In this document: positions 17,001 to 28,561 of the stretch, piece by piece
Layout: each line of letters starts with the position of its first letter
How positions within the stretch are numbered: position 1 is the first letter of the stretch
Origin: Vicinamibacteria bacterium
GTDB taxonomy: Bacteria; Acidobacteriota; Vicinamibacteria; Fen-336; JAGNNV01
DNA: 59,439 nt
Reading direction: 5' to 3'
Assembly: GCA_039932395.1 (NCBI GenBank)
Contig: JBDTQB010000001.1
Coordinates: 1-59,439, forward strand
Notes under the pieces: generated by a model
Seen by the model: only the letters and a program-made list of their open reading frames with translations
Database searches by the model: none
Told to the model about the DNA's origin: nothing
Made by a program: the position numbers and the translations under genes

Positions 17001-17488
17001 GTCTGCGTCCGGTCTCTCACGAGCATTGCGCCAGTCGAAGTTTTCAGGAGGTCGACGCTGTGATCGATCTGATGCGCGACCTCCTCGCGCGGACATGGGT
17101 CGATCGAAAAGGCGTTGAGCGCGCTCTGACGCCCCAGGACATTCTTGTCGTCGCTCCCTTCAACGCTCAGGTCGGCGCCATCCGTGATCGCGTGAAAAAG
17201 GCGCTGGGCATCGACGCGCGTGTCGGCACCGTCGACAAATTTCAGGGACAGGAAGGCGCCGTCGTCATCTATTCCATGACCAGTTCCAGCGCGGAAGACG
17301 CACCCCGTGATCTTGAGTTTCTCTACTCGCCGAATCGACTCAATGTCTCCATTTCGCGCGCGCAGGCGCTGGCCGTGCTCGTCTACAACGAAGCACTCCT
17401 TCAGGCCCAGTGCCGCACACCGGAGCAGATGAAGCTCGTGAATGCGCTGTGCCGCATCGTCGAACCGCGAGCTGCGCGGGTTCGGTGA
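14012..17488 (+). CDS. TM0106-type RecB-like PD-(D/E)XK nuclease plus RNase-H-like exonuclease plus SF1 (AAA_11/AAA_12, Upf1/Dna2-like) helicase fusion
   Basis: N-terminus: LSPTDLVGFLACGHRTRL, YEAIDTKLARDVKAGAIVQLVLY, CRVCNWVAVC. Middle: FFDIEADPW, YHYGAYENSALKRL, YNQDDCVST. C-terminus: GPPGTGKTW, LFIDEAGQ, LIGDPNQLPQV, VDKFQGQEG, LNVSISRAQ. Confidence 0.85.
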   Translation: MLQITDRLILSPTDLVGFLACGHRTRLEWEAAQGLRTQAFDGDPVLDLVSRKGAEHEKHYLAELRASGLLVVDLSNLGNKSVAESEAAEAATVTAMRDGVDIVYQGVFFDGRWRGRPDFLRKLPIPSALGDWNYEAIDTKLARDVKAGAIVQLVLYSMRLGELQGRVPDHMHVITGANEPRAFRVDDYAAYVRTVRERFEAQISEPDPLANSYPHPVEHCRVCNWVAVCGERRRTDDHTSLVAGMTRTVTRKLVDAKLTTTAALGAASADLAIADLAQPTFDRLRAQASLQLQQRVDGVVRFELIDQAEVETLATVLTAEKTKSPMGLAVLPLPTEDDLFFDIEADPWAGEAGEGIEYLFGLASRRGGEVRYEALWAHSAEQEKALLEAFIDRCVAARKANPGFHVYHYGAYENSALKRLVNRYGTRDLDLAWLNRAEVFVDLYGVVRQGIRISQDSYSLKKIEALYMPHREGPITKGGFSVVEYEQWLDDQDQAHLDSLAAYNQDDCVSTLLLRDWLEARRSEAERRAGDPMPRPELKEGDAPEATAAEIAASQVRFDKLRAGLSADETLRDAAANARWRLSLLLDFHRREALPEWWRHFDLKKKSSIELVAETDAIGELTFERTVGTVKSSNIFRYRFDPDQDQKFEAGKKVLDPATGDEAGSIHAIDPGEGSIDLKRGKASAAPHPRALIPAKPMGTAPLEKALARLADDVIERGMEVDHGSWLAARRLLLHETPRIEGHARGAAIRRDGETFADAAVRSIIGLRDSYLPIQGPPGTGKTWTAAKAVLALFQAGKCVGLTGPSHKVIGNLIKAVLDEASRTGTTLTIVQRADEGEEVLDPSVERAKNTAGVASALSAGTRITAGTAWLYASDALANSHDVLFIDEAGQFSLANACAASGAASSMVLIGDPNQLPQVTKGSHPEGAGLSALGHVLGDAPTLGVEQGVFLGRTHRLHPDLCALISDSFYEGKLDSDPKTALVRINGSGTLSGTGLRLRPVSHEHCASRSFQEVDAVIDLMRDLLARTWVDRKGVERALTPQDILVVAPFNAQVGAIRDRVKKALGIDARVGTVDKFQGQEGAVVIYSMTSSSAEDAPRDLEFLYSPNRLNVSISRAQALAVLVYNEALLQAQCRTPEQMKLVNALCRIVEPRAARVR

Positions 17489-17511
17489 CCTTCGTTCAAT
17501 AAAGTGCGGCC

Positions 17512-18288
17512 ATGACCTCCGCCTCTCGCTCTCCCGTTCTTCTTCTACATAGCGGAGGGATGTCTAGTCGTCAGTGGCGGCGCCTGAGCGAAACGCTCGA
17601 GCCCGCGCATCGCGTCTTCGCTCCTGATTTCATCGGATCAGGCGAGAACCCGCTTTGGCCCGATGACGCGCCCTTCGACTTCGTGCAGGACGTCGAACTC
17701 ATCGAGCGCATGGTGGACGACCTCGGCGAGCCCGTCCACGTCGTCGGTCACTCCTACGGCGGTCTGGTCGCCGTGACGATGGCTCGTCGTGATCCGAAGC
17801 GCGTTCTGTCGGTTGCCGCCTATGAGCCCGTAGCGTTCGGTGTGCTCTACCGCGCGAACGACGAAGAAGGACTCGCTGACTTGAACCGCGTGGGCGATGT
17901 GCCGGTGTTCACCGACTTCGCTTTAGGCGGAGGGGACCTTTGGTTTGAAGCGTTCATCGACTATTGGAATGGAAAGGGTGCATGGCGCGGAATGGCCCCG
18001 TCCTCTCGTGAGTCGTTCCTTCGCACCGGCCGCAAGGTGTTCTACGAAGTCATGTCCCTCAAGGAAGACCGCACGCCTCAGGCGGGGTATGCGCACATCA
18101 TCGCCCCCGCCCTGTTTCTCAGCGGTCAGAAGTCGCCGATGGCCGCGCGCCGGGTGGCGGCTTTACTGGGCGAAGCCTTTCCGCACGGGCGCTCGATCAC
18201 CATTGAGGGCGCGGGGCACATGGGACCGCTCACACACCAAGGCACAGTGAATGACGCGATCGCCGCGCACATCAAAGAGGCTTCGTAA
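17512..18288 (+). CDS. Alpha/beta-fold hydrolase
   Basis: VLLLHSGGMS, nucleophile elbow VVGHSYGG, C-terminal GAGHMGPL. Confidence 0.75.
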   Translation: MTSASRSPVLLLHSGGMSSRQWRRLSETLEPAHRVFAPDFIGSGENPLWPDDAPFDFVQDVELIERMVDDLGEPVHVVGHSYGGLVAVTMARRDPKRVLSVAAYEPVAFGVLYRANDEEGLADLNRVGDVPVFTDFALGGGDLWFEAFIDYWNGKGAWRGMAPSSRESFLRTGRKVFYEVMSLKEDRTPQAGYAHIIAPALFLSGQKSPMAARRVAALLGEAFPHGRSITIEGAGHMGPLTHQGTVNDAIAAHIKEAS

Positions 18289-18311
18289 AGAAAGGAGCGC
18301 TGTTCGGGCTG

Positions 18312-18710
18312 CTACGCCTTTAGCTCAGCGAAGGAGCGCCCCGGTTCCGCGGTGGTTGATTGGGGCAGGGTGGTCTCTCGCCATCCAGGCTCGCGGCCGT
18401 TGCCATCGAATCCTGCTCGTTGCTCAAGCAGATCCTTGAAGCCGGCCATCTCCATGATGCCGACGGCACTCACCGAGCGCCCGCCACTCTTGCAGCCGAC
18501 CACGATCTTCGCGTCCTTGGGGAACGCCTTCATCACCTGTTCCATGAAGGCGGAGTTGGGCGACATGCCCATCGGCCCCATGTTCATCAAAGGGATGTTG
18601 TACGCGCCCTTGGGATGGCCCGTTTCGAACTCGGGGACCGAGCGGACATCGAGGTAGAGGTAGCCCTCCTCCATTTTCGCGGCGGCTTCGTCTGGCGAGA
18701 TTCGTTTCAT
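18312..18710 (-). CDS. Rhodanese-domain sulfurtransferase
   Basis: YLDVRSVPEFETGHPKGAYNIP and active-site loop CKSGGRS. Confidence 0.8.
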   Translation of the reverse strand: MKRISPDEAAAKMEEGYLYLDVRSVPEFETGHPKGAYNIPLMNMGPMGMSPNSAFMEQVMKAFPKDAKIVVGCKSGGRSVSAVGIMEMAGFKDLLEQRAGFDGNGREPGWRETTLPQSTTAEPGRSFAELKA

Positions 18711-18720
18711 GCCCGCGACA

Positions 18721-19884
18721 TTACCGCACGGCCGAGGCCATGAGGACGGGAAGTGCTTGATCGAAGAGGTCGGTCTCGCAGAGAAGACTCACCACCAGAT
18801 AACAGCCGGAATCGAAGTCGAAGAAATGGCCGGGATGAACCAGGACGCCCGCGCTCAGCGCGTCGAGCGCGCGCTCTTCATCCGTGAGCGTGGCGGGGCA
18901 TTTGATCAATGCGGACCAGCCTCCTTCAGGCTGGATCAGCGAAAGCTCGGGCTGATTTCCAACCGCGTTCTCCAGGGCGGTCAAGTTCCGTCGCAGGCGC
19001 TGCCGGATCGGCTTCTGGAGCGTGGCCTTCTGATCGAGAATCGAAGGCAGCGCGAGTTGAATCGGCGTCGACACCGAAAGGTAGGTGTCGGCGATGAACT
19101 CCAGACGCGCCAGAGCTTCGCGTCGAACCGCATCTGGCCCTGCGACCGCGATCCATCCGAGCTTGAGTTGAGGCAGCGCGCACGACTTCGAAAGACCGCC
19201 CAGAGCGAAGCTCAGGGCTTTGGTTTCGGCAGCGAAGGTCTCGAAACGTTGTGGATCAGGCTCGAACGCAAAGTCCGCGAAGACTTCGTCCGCGATGATG
19301 GCTACGCCACGCTCGGCGCAAAGATCGGCCAGCGTGCGAGCTTCTGACTTTTTCAGAAACGATCCCGTCGGGTTGTTGGGATGCACCACCACCACGGCGC
19401 GGGTCTGGTCGGTGATCAACCGCGCGAGCGAATCCACACTGAGGTGCCATTCGTGGTCGAAATGAAGCGGATATGTGCCGACGCGCACGCCGTCGAGATC
19501 GGCAAGAAACTCGAACAAGGGGTAGGACGGAGCCGGCACCAGCACTTCGTCCCCAGGATTCGCGAGGAGCTTGAAGAGGAGCGAGTACGACTCGCTGCTG
19601 CTCGCGGTGAGAACGATGTCGAGGGGATCCACAGAGACGCCGCGTCGCGCGTAGTCGGACGCGATCGAGGTTCGCGCCGACAACATCCCCTGAGGGTCTG
19701 GCGCGTAGTGAGCGCCCTCAGGATCCCCAAGCAACGTCAGCAGAGACGGGGGGGCTAGAAACCCCGCCCGCGTCGGATTGGACTCCGTGAGATCGAGAAA
19801 GCGCGCGCCCGATTCCCGCATCTCGCGAATGCGGGCGGAGAGGGCGTTCTCCGAAATGTCTTTGGGCAGTCGCTTGGAAAACAT
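18721..19884 (-). CDS. PLP-dependent class I/II aminotransferase
   Basis: Start taken at the ATG at 19884 (MFSKRLPKD..). ESNPTRAGF, YAPDPQG, VVHPNNPTGS and GGLSKSCALPQLKLGW (PLP lysine region). The longer 443-aa form would overlap the divergent gene. Confidence 0.85.
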   Translation of the reverse strand: MFSKRLPKDISENALSARIREMRESGARFLDLTESNPTRAGFLAPPSLLTLLGDPEGAHYAPDPQGMLSARTSIASDYARRGVSVDPLDIVLTASSSESYSLLFKLLANPGDEVLVPAPSYPLFEFLADLDGVRVGTYPLHFDHEWHLSVDSLARLITDQTRAVVVVHPNNPTGSFLKKSEARTLADLCAERGVAIIADEVFADFAFEPDPQRFETFAAETKALSFALGGLSKSCALPQLKLGWIAVAGPDAVRREALARLEFIADTYLSVSTPIQLALPSILDQKATLQKPIRQRLRRNLTALENAVGNQPELSLIQPEGGWSALIKCPATLTDEERALDALSAGVLVHPGHFFDFDSGCYLVVSLLCETDLFDQALPVLMASAVR

Positions 19885-19951
19885 GGAGTCGAGGGTGACG
19901 AGGCTATACGACCGGACCTTCGACCCTCCATGTTTGCCATAGACTCCGCAG

Positions 19952-22644
<2,693 letters not shown>

Positions 22645-22648
<4 letters not shown>

Positions 22649-23418
22649 AAATTGTCAGTTGGAACGTGAACTCGATTCGCGTGCGCGAGTCGCGGCTTGT
22701 CGCCTTTCTCGCCCGTGAACAGCCAGATGCCTTGTGTCTCCAGGAGCTCAAGGTCGTCGACGATGATTTCCCCGCGGACGCGGTGAAGGCCGCTGGATAT
22801 CAGGCGGTGACTTTCGGCCAGAAGACCTACAACGGAGTCGGCATTCTCACGAAGCTCGGCACGCCGGTCGAGAACGTCGTGCGCTCGTTCGACGACGGTG
22901 ACGACGATCCCCAGGCGCGCGTCATCGGCGCCGACATTGGCGGCGTCCGTGTCGTTTCGATCTACGTGCCAAACGGCGGCGACGTCGGCTCGGAGAAATG
23001 GGCCTACAAGAAGGCGTGGCTGCAGCGCCTGAAGGCGTATGTCTCCACGAAGATCGACTTGAAGGGGCGGGTTGCGATCTGCGGCGACATCAACATCGCC
23101 CCCGAGGCGCGCGATGTCGCGAAGCCCGATCGCTGGAAGAACAGCGTGCTGTTTCACCCGGAGATGACCTCCGCCTTTCAGGAGCTTCTGTCCCTCGGGC
23201 TCGTCGACACCGCGCGCCTGCACCACCAGGGTGAAGGCCCTTTCACCTGGTGGGACTACCGAATGCTGGCGTTCCCGAAAGGCGATGGCCTCCGCATCGA
23301 CCACATTTTCACGTCGAAGTCGCTCGCGGCGTCGTGCACGGAAGTCAGAGTCGATCGGGACGAAAGAAAGGGCGCGCAGCCGTCCGATCATGCGCCCCTG
23401 ATCGCTGTCTTTAGCTGA
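22645..23418 (+). CDS. xth: Exodeoxyribonuclease III (AP endonuclease)
   Basis: [45 protein letters not shown] and PSDHAPL. The ATG overlaps the preceding stop (ATGA at 22645-22648). Confidence 0.9.
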
Positions 23419-23496
23419 CTCTCCTGGCCCCGTTTCCCCGTATAGTTCCGGCTTCCTAGGCCGCGCGCCCCGGCGTTTTGAGCGTCTTTATTCCCT

Positions 23497-25686
23497 ATGT
23501 CCGACACTGGTCCGAAATCAATTCCACCTGGCGACGGGATGACAAAGATCCCCGCCAAGATTGGTCGTTACGAGATCCTCGAGAAGGTGGGGTCCGGACG
23601 CACCGGCACGGTTTTTCGCGCGAGCGATCCGCTCATCGGACGCATCCTCGCCATCAAGACCTTCCGCGTTGACCTGACGCCCGGCCCGATCCGAGACACC
23701 TTCCTTCAGCGCTTCTACCACGAGGCCCGGATCTCCGGCGGCCTGTCACATCCGAACATCGTGGCGCTGTTTGATGTGGGCGAAGAGGACGGCCTTCCGT
23801 ATCTCGTTTTCGAGCACGTCGAGGGTCCGACCCTGGATGTCGCCCTGGCGCGCGCCGGCCGCCTGGATTCCGCTGAAACCATCCGTGTCGTGGAGCAGAC
23901 CGCTGCGGCGCTCGACTTCGCGCACGCGCGGGGCATCGTCCACCGCGACATCCGTCCCGCCAACATCATCCTGGCGAACGACAAGCGGGTGCGCATCGCC
24001 GATTTCGGGATCGCGCGCGTCGAAGGCTCCCAGCTCACCCAGCATGGCGAGGTTCTTGGAACACCGGCCTACATGTCGCCCGAGCAGATTCGTGGACAGG
24101 AACTCACCGCGGAGACTGACCTCTTTTCGCTCGCGGTGTGCGCTTACGAGATGCTGTCGGGGAATCGGCCGTTTGCGGGGAAGACGCAACCGGAGCTTTT
24201 TGAGGCCCTGGTCTATTCGCCGCCTGCCGAGCCGAAGGAATTGCGGTCTCTCGGCATCCCCAGCCGCGAATTCATGTTCGTCTTTGAACGCGCTCTTGCC
24301 AAGGATCCGGCGCATCGGTTCGCCGATGCCGCATCTTTCGCGCGCGCCTTGAAATCCTGTCTCGGCGTCGTGGCGCCGGGAGATGAACCCGCACCCATCT
24401 CGCGAATCGCCATCCCCGACCCGCCCCGGCCCGCGCACCGTCAGATTCTTCCTCCCGTGGCGCCTCCTCCGGCTCAGCGTTACGCCGCGTCGAACCCCGG
24501 AATCAAGCCGCCGCAACCTCCCTCTTCCAGCGATCCGTCGGCCGATGCGACGTTCGTGTCGAGCCCGTCGGCGGGCGATGATTCAAGCGAAGAGCTCGCT
24601 TCAACACTCGGTTTCGACTCCGGCATCAACTCGAAGCAGGTCGCGGCGGCGGTTGCGGCCGCGATGGCGTCTTCCGCTTCTTCCGCGTCGGTGCCTCTTT
24701 CTCCGCCGTCAAACCCTTCCTCCGATGCTTCGGCCGATGCCACTATGGTCTCCGGCGCCCAGGATTTCGAACTTCCGTCGACCCATCGCATGTCGCGGGC
24801 CGCAGTGGAGGACGTCCTCTCGAAGTCCGGTGCCAACCAGAAGTCGTCGTCGAATCACCAGAAGTCGCGCGCGGAGGCTCACAAGGTCGAGCGCGGCGGC
24901 GCGGCGAGCGCGATCGAGGATCTCCTGCCTCCTACGCGCGAGATGCCAAAGCTGTCGAACGACCTCGGGGCCACGGGCGCGCTGTCCCCGGCGCCACCGC
25001 CGCGACCCGCAACTGATCCGAGCCGAACCGCCAGTAACGCCGGAGGTCTTCCGAAGGCGACGGACAAAACGCTCATCATGACGGACGCCGAGAAAGTCTC
25101 GGCCGCGAAACTTCGCGATCTCTCGGCAGCCAGGCTGCCGACGCGGGCGGCGCAGAAATCCATTCCGCCTCCTCCGCCCCCTCCGACCCGGACGGTCGCC
25201 CGCCCGCTGCCGCCTTCGCTCGCGCCGCCCGTGCCGTCATCGCCCGCGATCGCACGCCCGTCCCTGGTTCCGAAGATCCTGCTCGCGGTCATTGTCCTGA
25301 TGACGATCCTCGCGGCGATGCTGGGCGTTCTCTTCTGGGGCCGGGCTCAGGTCATCGCTACGCCCGTGGTTGAGAAGTGGAACGACCTTCCCGTCTATCC
25401 GGAGGCCGACGTCGATAAGTCGCCCCTCCTCTTCTCGCATGAGATTCCCAAGCCGAAGGTCGATCACGTGCTTTCGGTCACACTGTCCTGGATCGTGACT
25501 CCCGACGGTGTGGTCGACGAACCTAAAATCGTGGTGTCGGCGTCCAAGGAGATCGACGCGTTCGTGATACAGACCGTGAAGAAGTGGCGCTACGAACCGG
25601 GACAGAAGGCAGGCAAGACCGTGCCGGTCAGGCTGCTTCGGAAGTACACCTTCCAGCCTCGGGAAAACAATGGCGAGGGGAACTAG
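23497..25686 (+). CDS. Eukaryotic-like Ser/Thr protein kinase with a long P/S/A-rich linker, one TM helix and a TonB-C-terminal-like domain
   Basis: GSGRTGTVF, LAIKTF, HRDIRPANIIL, DFGIAR and GTPAYMSPEQ. TM helix ILLAVIVLMTILAAMLGVLFW. C-terminus VYPEADV...VTLSWIVTPDGVV...VKKWRYEPGQKAGKTVPV (TonB_C-like). An alternative start lies at 23539. Confidence 0.85.
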   Translation: MSDTGPKSIPPGDGMTKIPAKIGRYEILEKVGSGRTGTVFRASDPLIGRILAIKTFRVDLTPGPIRDTFLQRFYHEARISGGLSHPNIVALFDVGEEDGLPYLVFEHVEGPTLDVALARAGRLDSAETIRVVEQTAAALDFAHARGIVHRDIRPANIILANDKRVRIADFGIARVEGSQLTQHGEVLGTPAYMSPEQIRGQELTAETDLFSLAVCAYEMLSGNRPFAGKTQPELFEALVYSPPAEPKELRSLGIPSREFMFVFERALAKDPAHRFADAASFARALKSCLGVVAPGDEPAPISRIAIPDPPRPAHRQILPPVAPPPAQRYAASNPGIKPPQPPSSSDPSADATFVSSPSAGDDSSEELASTLGFDSGINSKQVAAAVAAAMASSASSASVPLSPPSNPSSDASADATMVSGAQDFELPSTHRMSRAAVEDVLSKSGANQKSSSNHQKSRAEAHKVERGGAASAIEDLLPPTREMPKLSNDLGATGALSPAPPPRPATDPSRTASNAGGLPKATDKTLIMTDAEKVSAAKLRDLSAARLPTRAAQKSIPPPPPPPTRTVARPLPPSLAPPVPSSPAIARPSLVPKILLAVIVLMTILAAMLGVLFWGRAQVIATPVVEKWNDLPVYPEADVDKSPLLFSHEIPKPKVDHVLSVTLSWIVTPDGVVDEPKIVVSASKEIDAFVIQTVKKWRYEPGQKAGKTVPVRLLRKYTFQPRENNGEGN

Positions 25687-25689
25687 TCG

Positions 25690-26688
25690 TTGGCGAAACT
25701 CATTCTCAATCCTCAGATGCCCTCCCGGAAGGAAATTGACCTTCCCAGGGCCGGGTTGTCGATTGGGAGAGACCCAAACAACGATGTCGTCATTCCAGAC
25801 GCGTTGGTTTCGCGTCGCCACGCTCGCATCGTTTACGACGGCCGCGAGTTCCTTTTTCACGACTGCGAATCCTCCAACGGTTCGCTGCTCAATGGCGACC
25901 GAGTGTCGGAACGCAAACTGGCGGATGGCGACATCCTTTGGCTCGGAGCCTCGCGTCTGTTGTTCCGAGCGCCAGAGGCGCCGGTCGAGGGCAATCTGGC
26001 GAAGGTCATTCAGCACCCCTCGTCGCAGAAGATGCGCTGTCCTGCCTGCGATCACGCGTTCCGGGCCGGCGACGTCTTCTGCCGACATTGCGGCGCCACC
26101 ATCGAAGCGCAGGAGGCGGTCACGCGGTGCGCCTCATGCCATGCGCGGGTCGTCGGGCCGGCAAAGTTTTGTAACGCCTGCGGAGATTCGCTGACCGCGC
26201 GTGCAGGCCGAGGCGGCCTTGACGACCAGCGGATCGAGCGACCGGATCAAGTTCCCGTCAAGGGCGGCGAGATGCCGGTTGCGCCGGCCACCGCGGAGAA
26301 GCGGCTCCTGGCCGCTTTGGTCGATCTTCTTGCCGCTGCCGCGATTTTCTCGCTGTTTTCGTTGCCGCCCCTTTGGGCCTATTTGAGATTCGATACCGGA
26401 AATTCGCTTGCCGCGTATCTGATGGCCCTTCCCCTGCTTTCCTTTCCGGCGTACTTCATCGGGTTTTGGGCGGTGCGGGGTGCGACCCCCGGCAAGGAAC
26501 TCCTGGGCCTCACCATCGCGATGAAGGACGAAACCGCGACCTTTGGCCTGCGACAAGCCGTCGCGCGCTTCTTGGGGTTCTCGATCTCGCTCGCTACCTT
26601 CGGTCTTGGGTTCATGCTGATTCTGGTGGATGGCGACACGCTGCACGACCGCCTCGCCGGAACACGCGTGATCGAGCGCCAGCCGTGA
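25690..26688 (+). CDS. FHA domain plus double zinc-ribbon plus RDD-family membrane domain protein
   Basis: TTG start. FHA: LSIGRDPNNDVVIPDALVSRRHARI..SSNGSLLNGDRV. Zinc ribbons: CPACDH..CRHCG and CASCH..CNACG. RDD-like C-terminus with 3 hydrophobic helices. Confidence 0.8.
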   Translation: MAKLILNPQMPSRKEIDLPRAGLSIGRDPNNDVVIPDALVSRRHARIVYDGREFLFHDCESSNGSLLNGDRVSERKLADGDILWLGASRLLFRAPEAPVEGNLAKVIQHPSSQKMRCPACDHAFRAGDVFCRHCGATIEAQEAVTRCASCHARVVGPAKFCNACGDSLTARAGRGGLDDQRIERPDQVPVKGGEMPVAPATAEKRLLAALVDLLAAAAIFSLFSLPPLWAYLRFDTGNSLAAYLMALPLLSFPAYFIGFWAVRGATPGKELLGLTIAMKDETATFGLRQAVARFLGFSISLATFGLGFMLILVDGDTLHDRLAGTRVIERQP

Positions 26689-27407
26689 GCGATCCGAACG
26701 ACCTGCCCATCGCCGACACCTCGCTCGACGGCCCACCCGCGGTCCCAGGCTTCGAGGGTGATGCCATTCCAGACGCCCCCGCAGCGGTGATGACGACGTC
26801 TTCGACCATGAGCGTTGATGCCGCGTCGATCGCGCCTCCGCTCGTGGTCGAGATCTCTCCGGAAGCGGCTGGCGTGCGCGTTCCGAAGCGTCACCTTCTC
26901 TCCGCCGCCTGGGATCTGCTTCACGACGTCTCCATCACGGTGCTGTTCTGCTTTTTCATCGTGACCTTCGTGGCGCAACCGGTTCGCGTTCAGGGAGCTT
27001 CGATGCAGCCGCGCATCGAAGACAACGAGCGCATCCTGATCAATAAATTTATCTATCGCTTCCATGGAATCGAAAGAGGAGACGTGGTGGTGTTTTACTA
27101 TCCGCGTGATCCTTCCGTTTCGTACATCAAGCGCGTCATTGGATTGCCCGGAGATCGAGTTGAGATCCGCATGGGATCGGTGTACGTGAACGGAACGAGC
27201 ATTGAGGAGCCCTATCTTTTGCCCGAATATCGCGACCGCTATGACATGCCGGAGACCACCGTGGAACGGGGTCACTACTTCATGATGGGCGATCACCGTT
27301 CGAGCAGCCAGGACAGCCGGGCGTTCGGCCCGGTGCCCGAGAAGTACATCTACGGCAAGGCGTCTTTTTGTGTCTGGCCCATCGCCAAAACGGGCCGCGT
27401 TCAGTGA
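26685..27407 (+). CDS. lepB: Signal peptidase I
   Basis: The GTG start overlaps the previous stop (GTGA). VQGASMQPRI (catalytic Ser box), GDVVVF, YIKRVIGLPGD (Lys box), FMMGDHRSSSQDSR. Confidence 0.9.
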   Translation: MSDPNDLPIADTSLDGPPAVPGFEGDAIPDAPAAVMTTSSTMSVDAASIAPPLVVEISPEAAGVRVPKRHLLSAAWDLLHDVSITVLFCFFIVTFVAQPVRVQGASMQPRIEDNERILINKFIYRFHGIERGDVVVFYYPRDPSVSYIKRVIGLPGDRVEIRMGSVYVNGTSIEEPYLLPEYRDRYDMPETTVERGHYFMMGDHRSSSQDSRAFGPVPEKYIYGKASFCVWPIAKTGRVQ

Positions 27408-27442
27408 GCGCTCCGGAAACCGGAAATCGCCCCGAGGCGGCG

Positions 27443-28561
27443 ATGCGGCGTCCCGCCGTACTCGTTCTTGAGGACGGCGCTTCCTTTCACGGCGTGAGCT
27501 TCGGCCGTGCCGCCGACACCACCGGCGAAGTCGTTTTCAACACCTCGCTTGCCGGTTACCAGGAAATCCTCACGGATCCGTCCTACGCCGGACAGATGGT
27601 GGTGATGACGTATCCGCACATCGGCAACTACGGCGTTTGTCTTGAGGACATGGAGTCGAAACGCGCGCAGGTCGCGGGCTTCATCGTGCGTGAGATCGCA
27701 TCGATCGATTCGAGCTACCGCTCGGAAGGTTCGCTTGAAGGCTGGCTCGACAAGCAGGGGATCGTCGGCATCGCGGGCGTCGATACCCGCGCGCTGACCC
27801 GGCACATCCGCACGCACGGCGCCAAGCGCGGAGTGATCTCCAACGCGGTCGGCGACATTCCTGCTTTGGTGGCGCGTGCGCGCAACTCACGCGACATGAA
27901 CGGCCTCGACCTCGCGAAGGAAGTCACCACTCCAACCGCCTACGACTTCAAGGCCGCCTCGAAGGTCATCAAGCCCCGTTTCAAGGTCGTCGCTTACGAC
28001 TTCGGCATCAAGCGCAACATTCTTGAATTGCTGGCTGGTTCCGGCTGCGATGTGCGCGTGGTTCCGGCGACCACCAGTGCGGCCGAGACGCTCGCCATGA
28101 ATCCCGACGGCGTCTTTCTCTCCAACGGTCCAGGCGACCCCGACGCGTGCACCTACGCCATCGAATCGGCCAAGGGGATCATGGATTCAGGGACGCCGAC
28201 GTTCGGCATCTGCCTCGGCCATCAGATCCTCGGCCTCGCCTGCGGCGGCAAGACCTACAAACTCAAGTTTGGCCATCGCGGCGCCAACCATCCGGTAAAG
28301 GATCTTGAGACAGGCAAGGTCGAGATCACGTCGCAGAACCACGGTTTCGCTCTCGACAACTCGGTCTTCGAGAAGAAAGAGTTCGCGATGACCCACGTGA
28401 ACCTCAACGACGGGACCGTCGAAGGCTTCCGCCATCTTGAACTTCCCGTGATCTCGGTTCAGTACCATCCGGAGTCGAGCCCTGGTCCCCACGACTCCCG
28501 TCACCTCTTCGCCGGTTTCGTGCGGATGATGGAAAAGAAGCAGGAAGGCCTCAAGGCGTGA
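27443..28561 (+). CDS. carA: Carbamoyl-phosphate synthase small (glutaminase) subunit
   Basis: [21 protein letters not shown] aligns with the E. coli CarA N-terminus. [15 protein letters not shown] (catalytic Cys), QNHGF, QYHPE. Confidence 0.95.
   Translation: MRRPAVLVLEDGASFHGVSFGRAADTTGEVVFNTSLAGYQEILTDPSYAGQMVVMTYPHIGNYGVCLEDMESKRAQVAGFIVREIASIDSSYRSEGSLEGWLDKQGIVGIAGVDTRALTRHIRTHGAKRGVISNAVGDIPALVARARNSRDMNGLDLAKEVTTPTAYDFKAASKVIKPRFKVVAYDFGIKRNILELLAGSGCDVRVVPATTSAAETLAMNPDGVFLSNGPGDPDACTYAIESAKGIMDSGTPTFGICLGHQILGLACGGKTYKLKFGHRGANHPVKDLETGKVEITSQNHGFALDNSVFEKKEFAMTHVNLNDGTVEGFRHLELPVISVQYHPESSPGPHDSRHLFAGFVRMMEKKQEGLKA

Noticed and set aside
23419-23496. Possible rho-independent terminator after xth (gccg-N7-cggc followed by gtttt)
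   Set aside because: The stem is only 4 bp, which is too weak to call.
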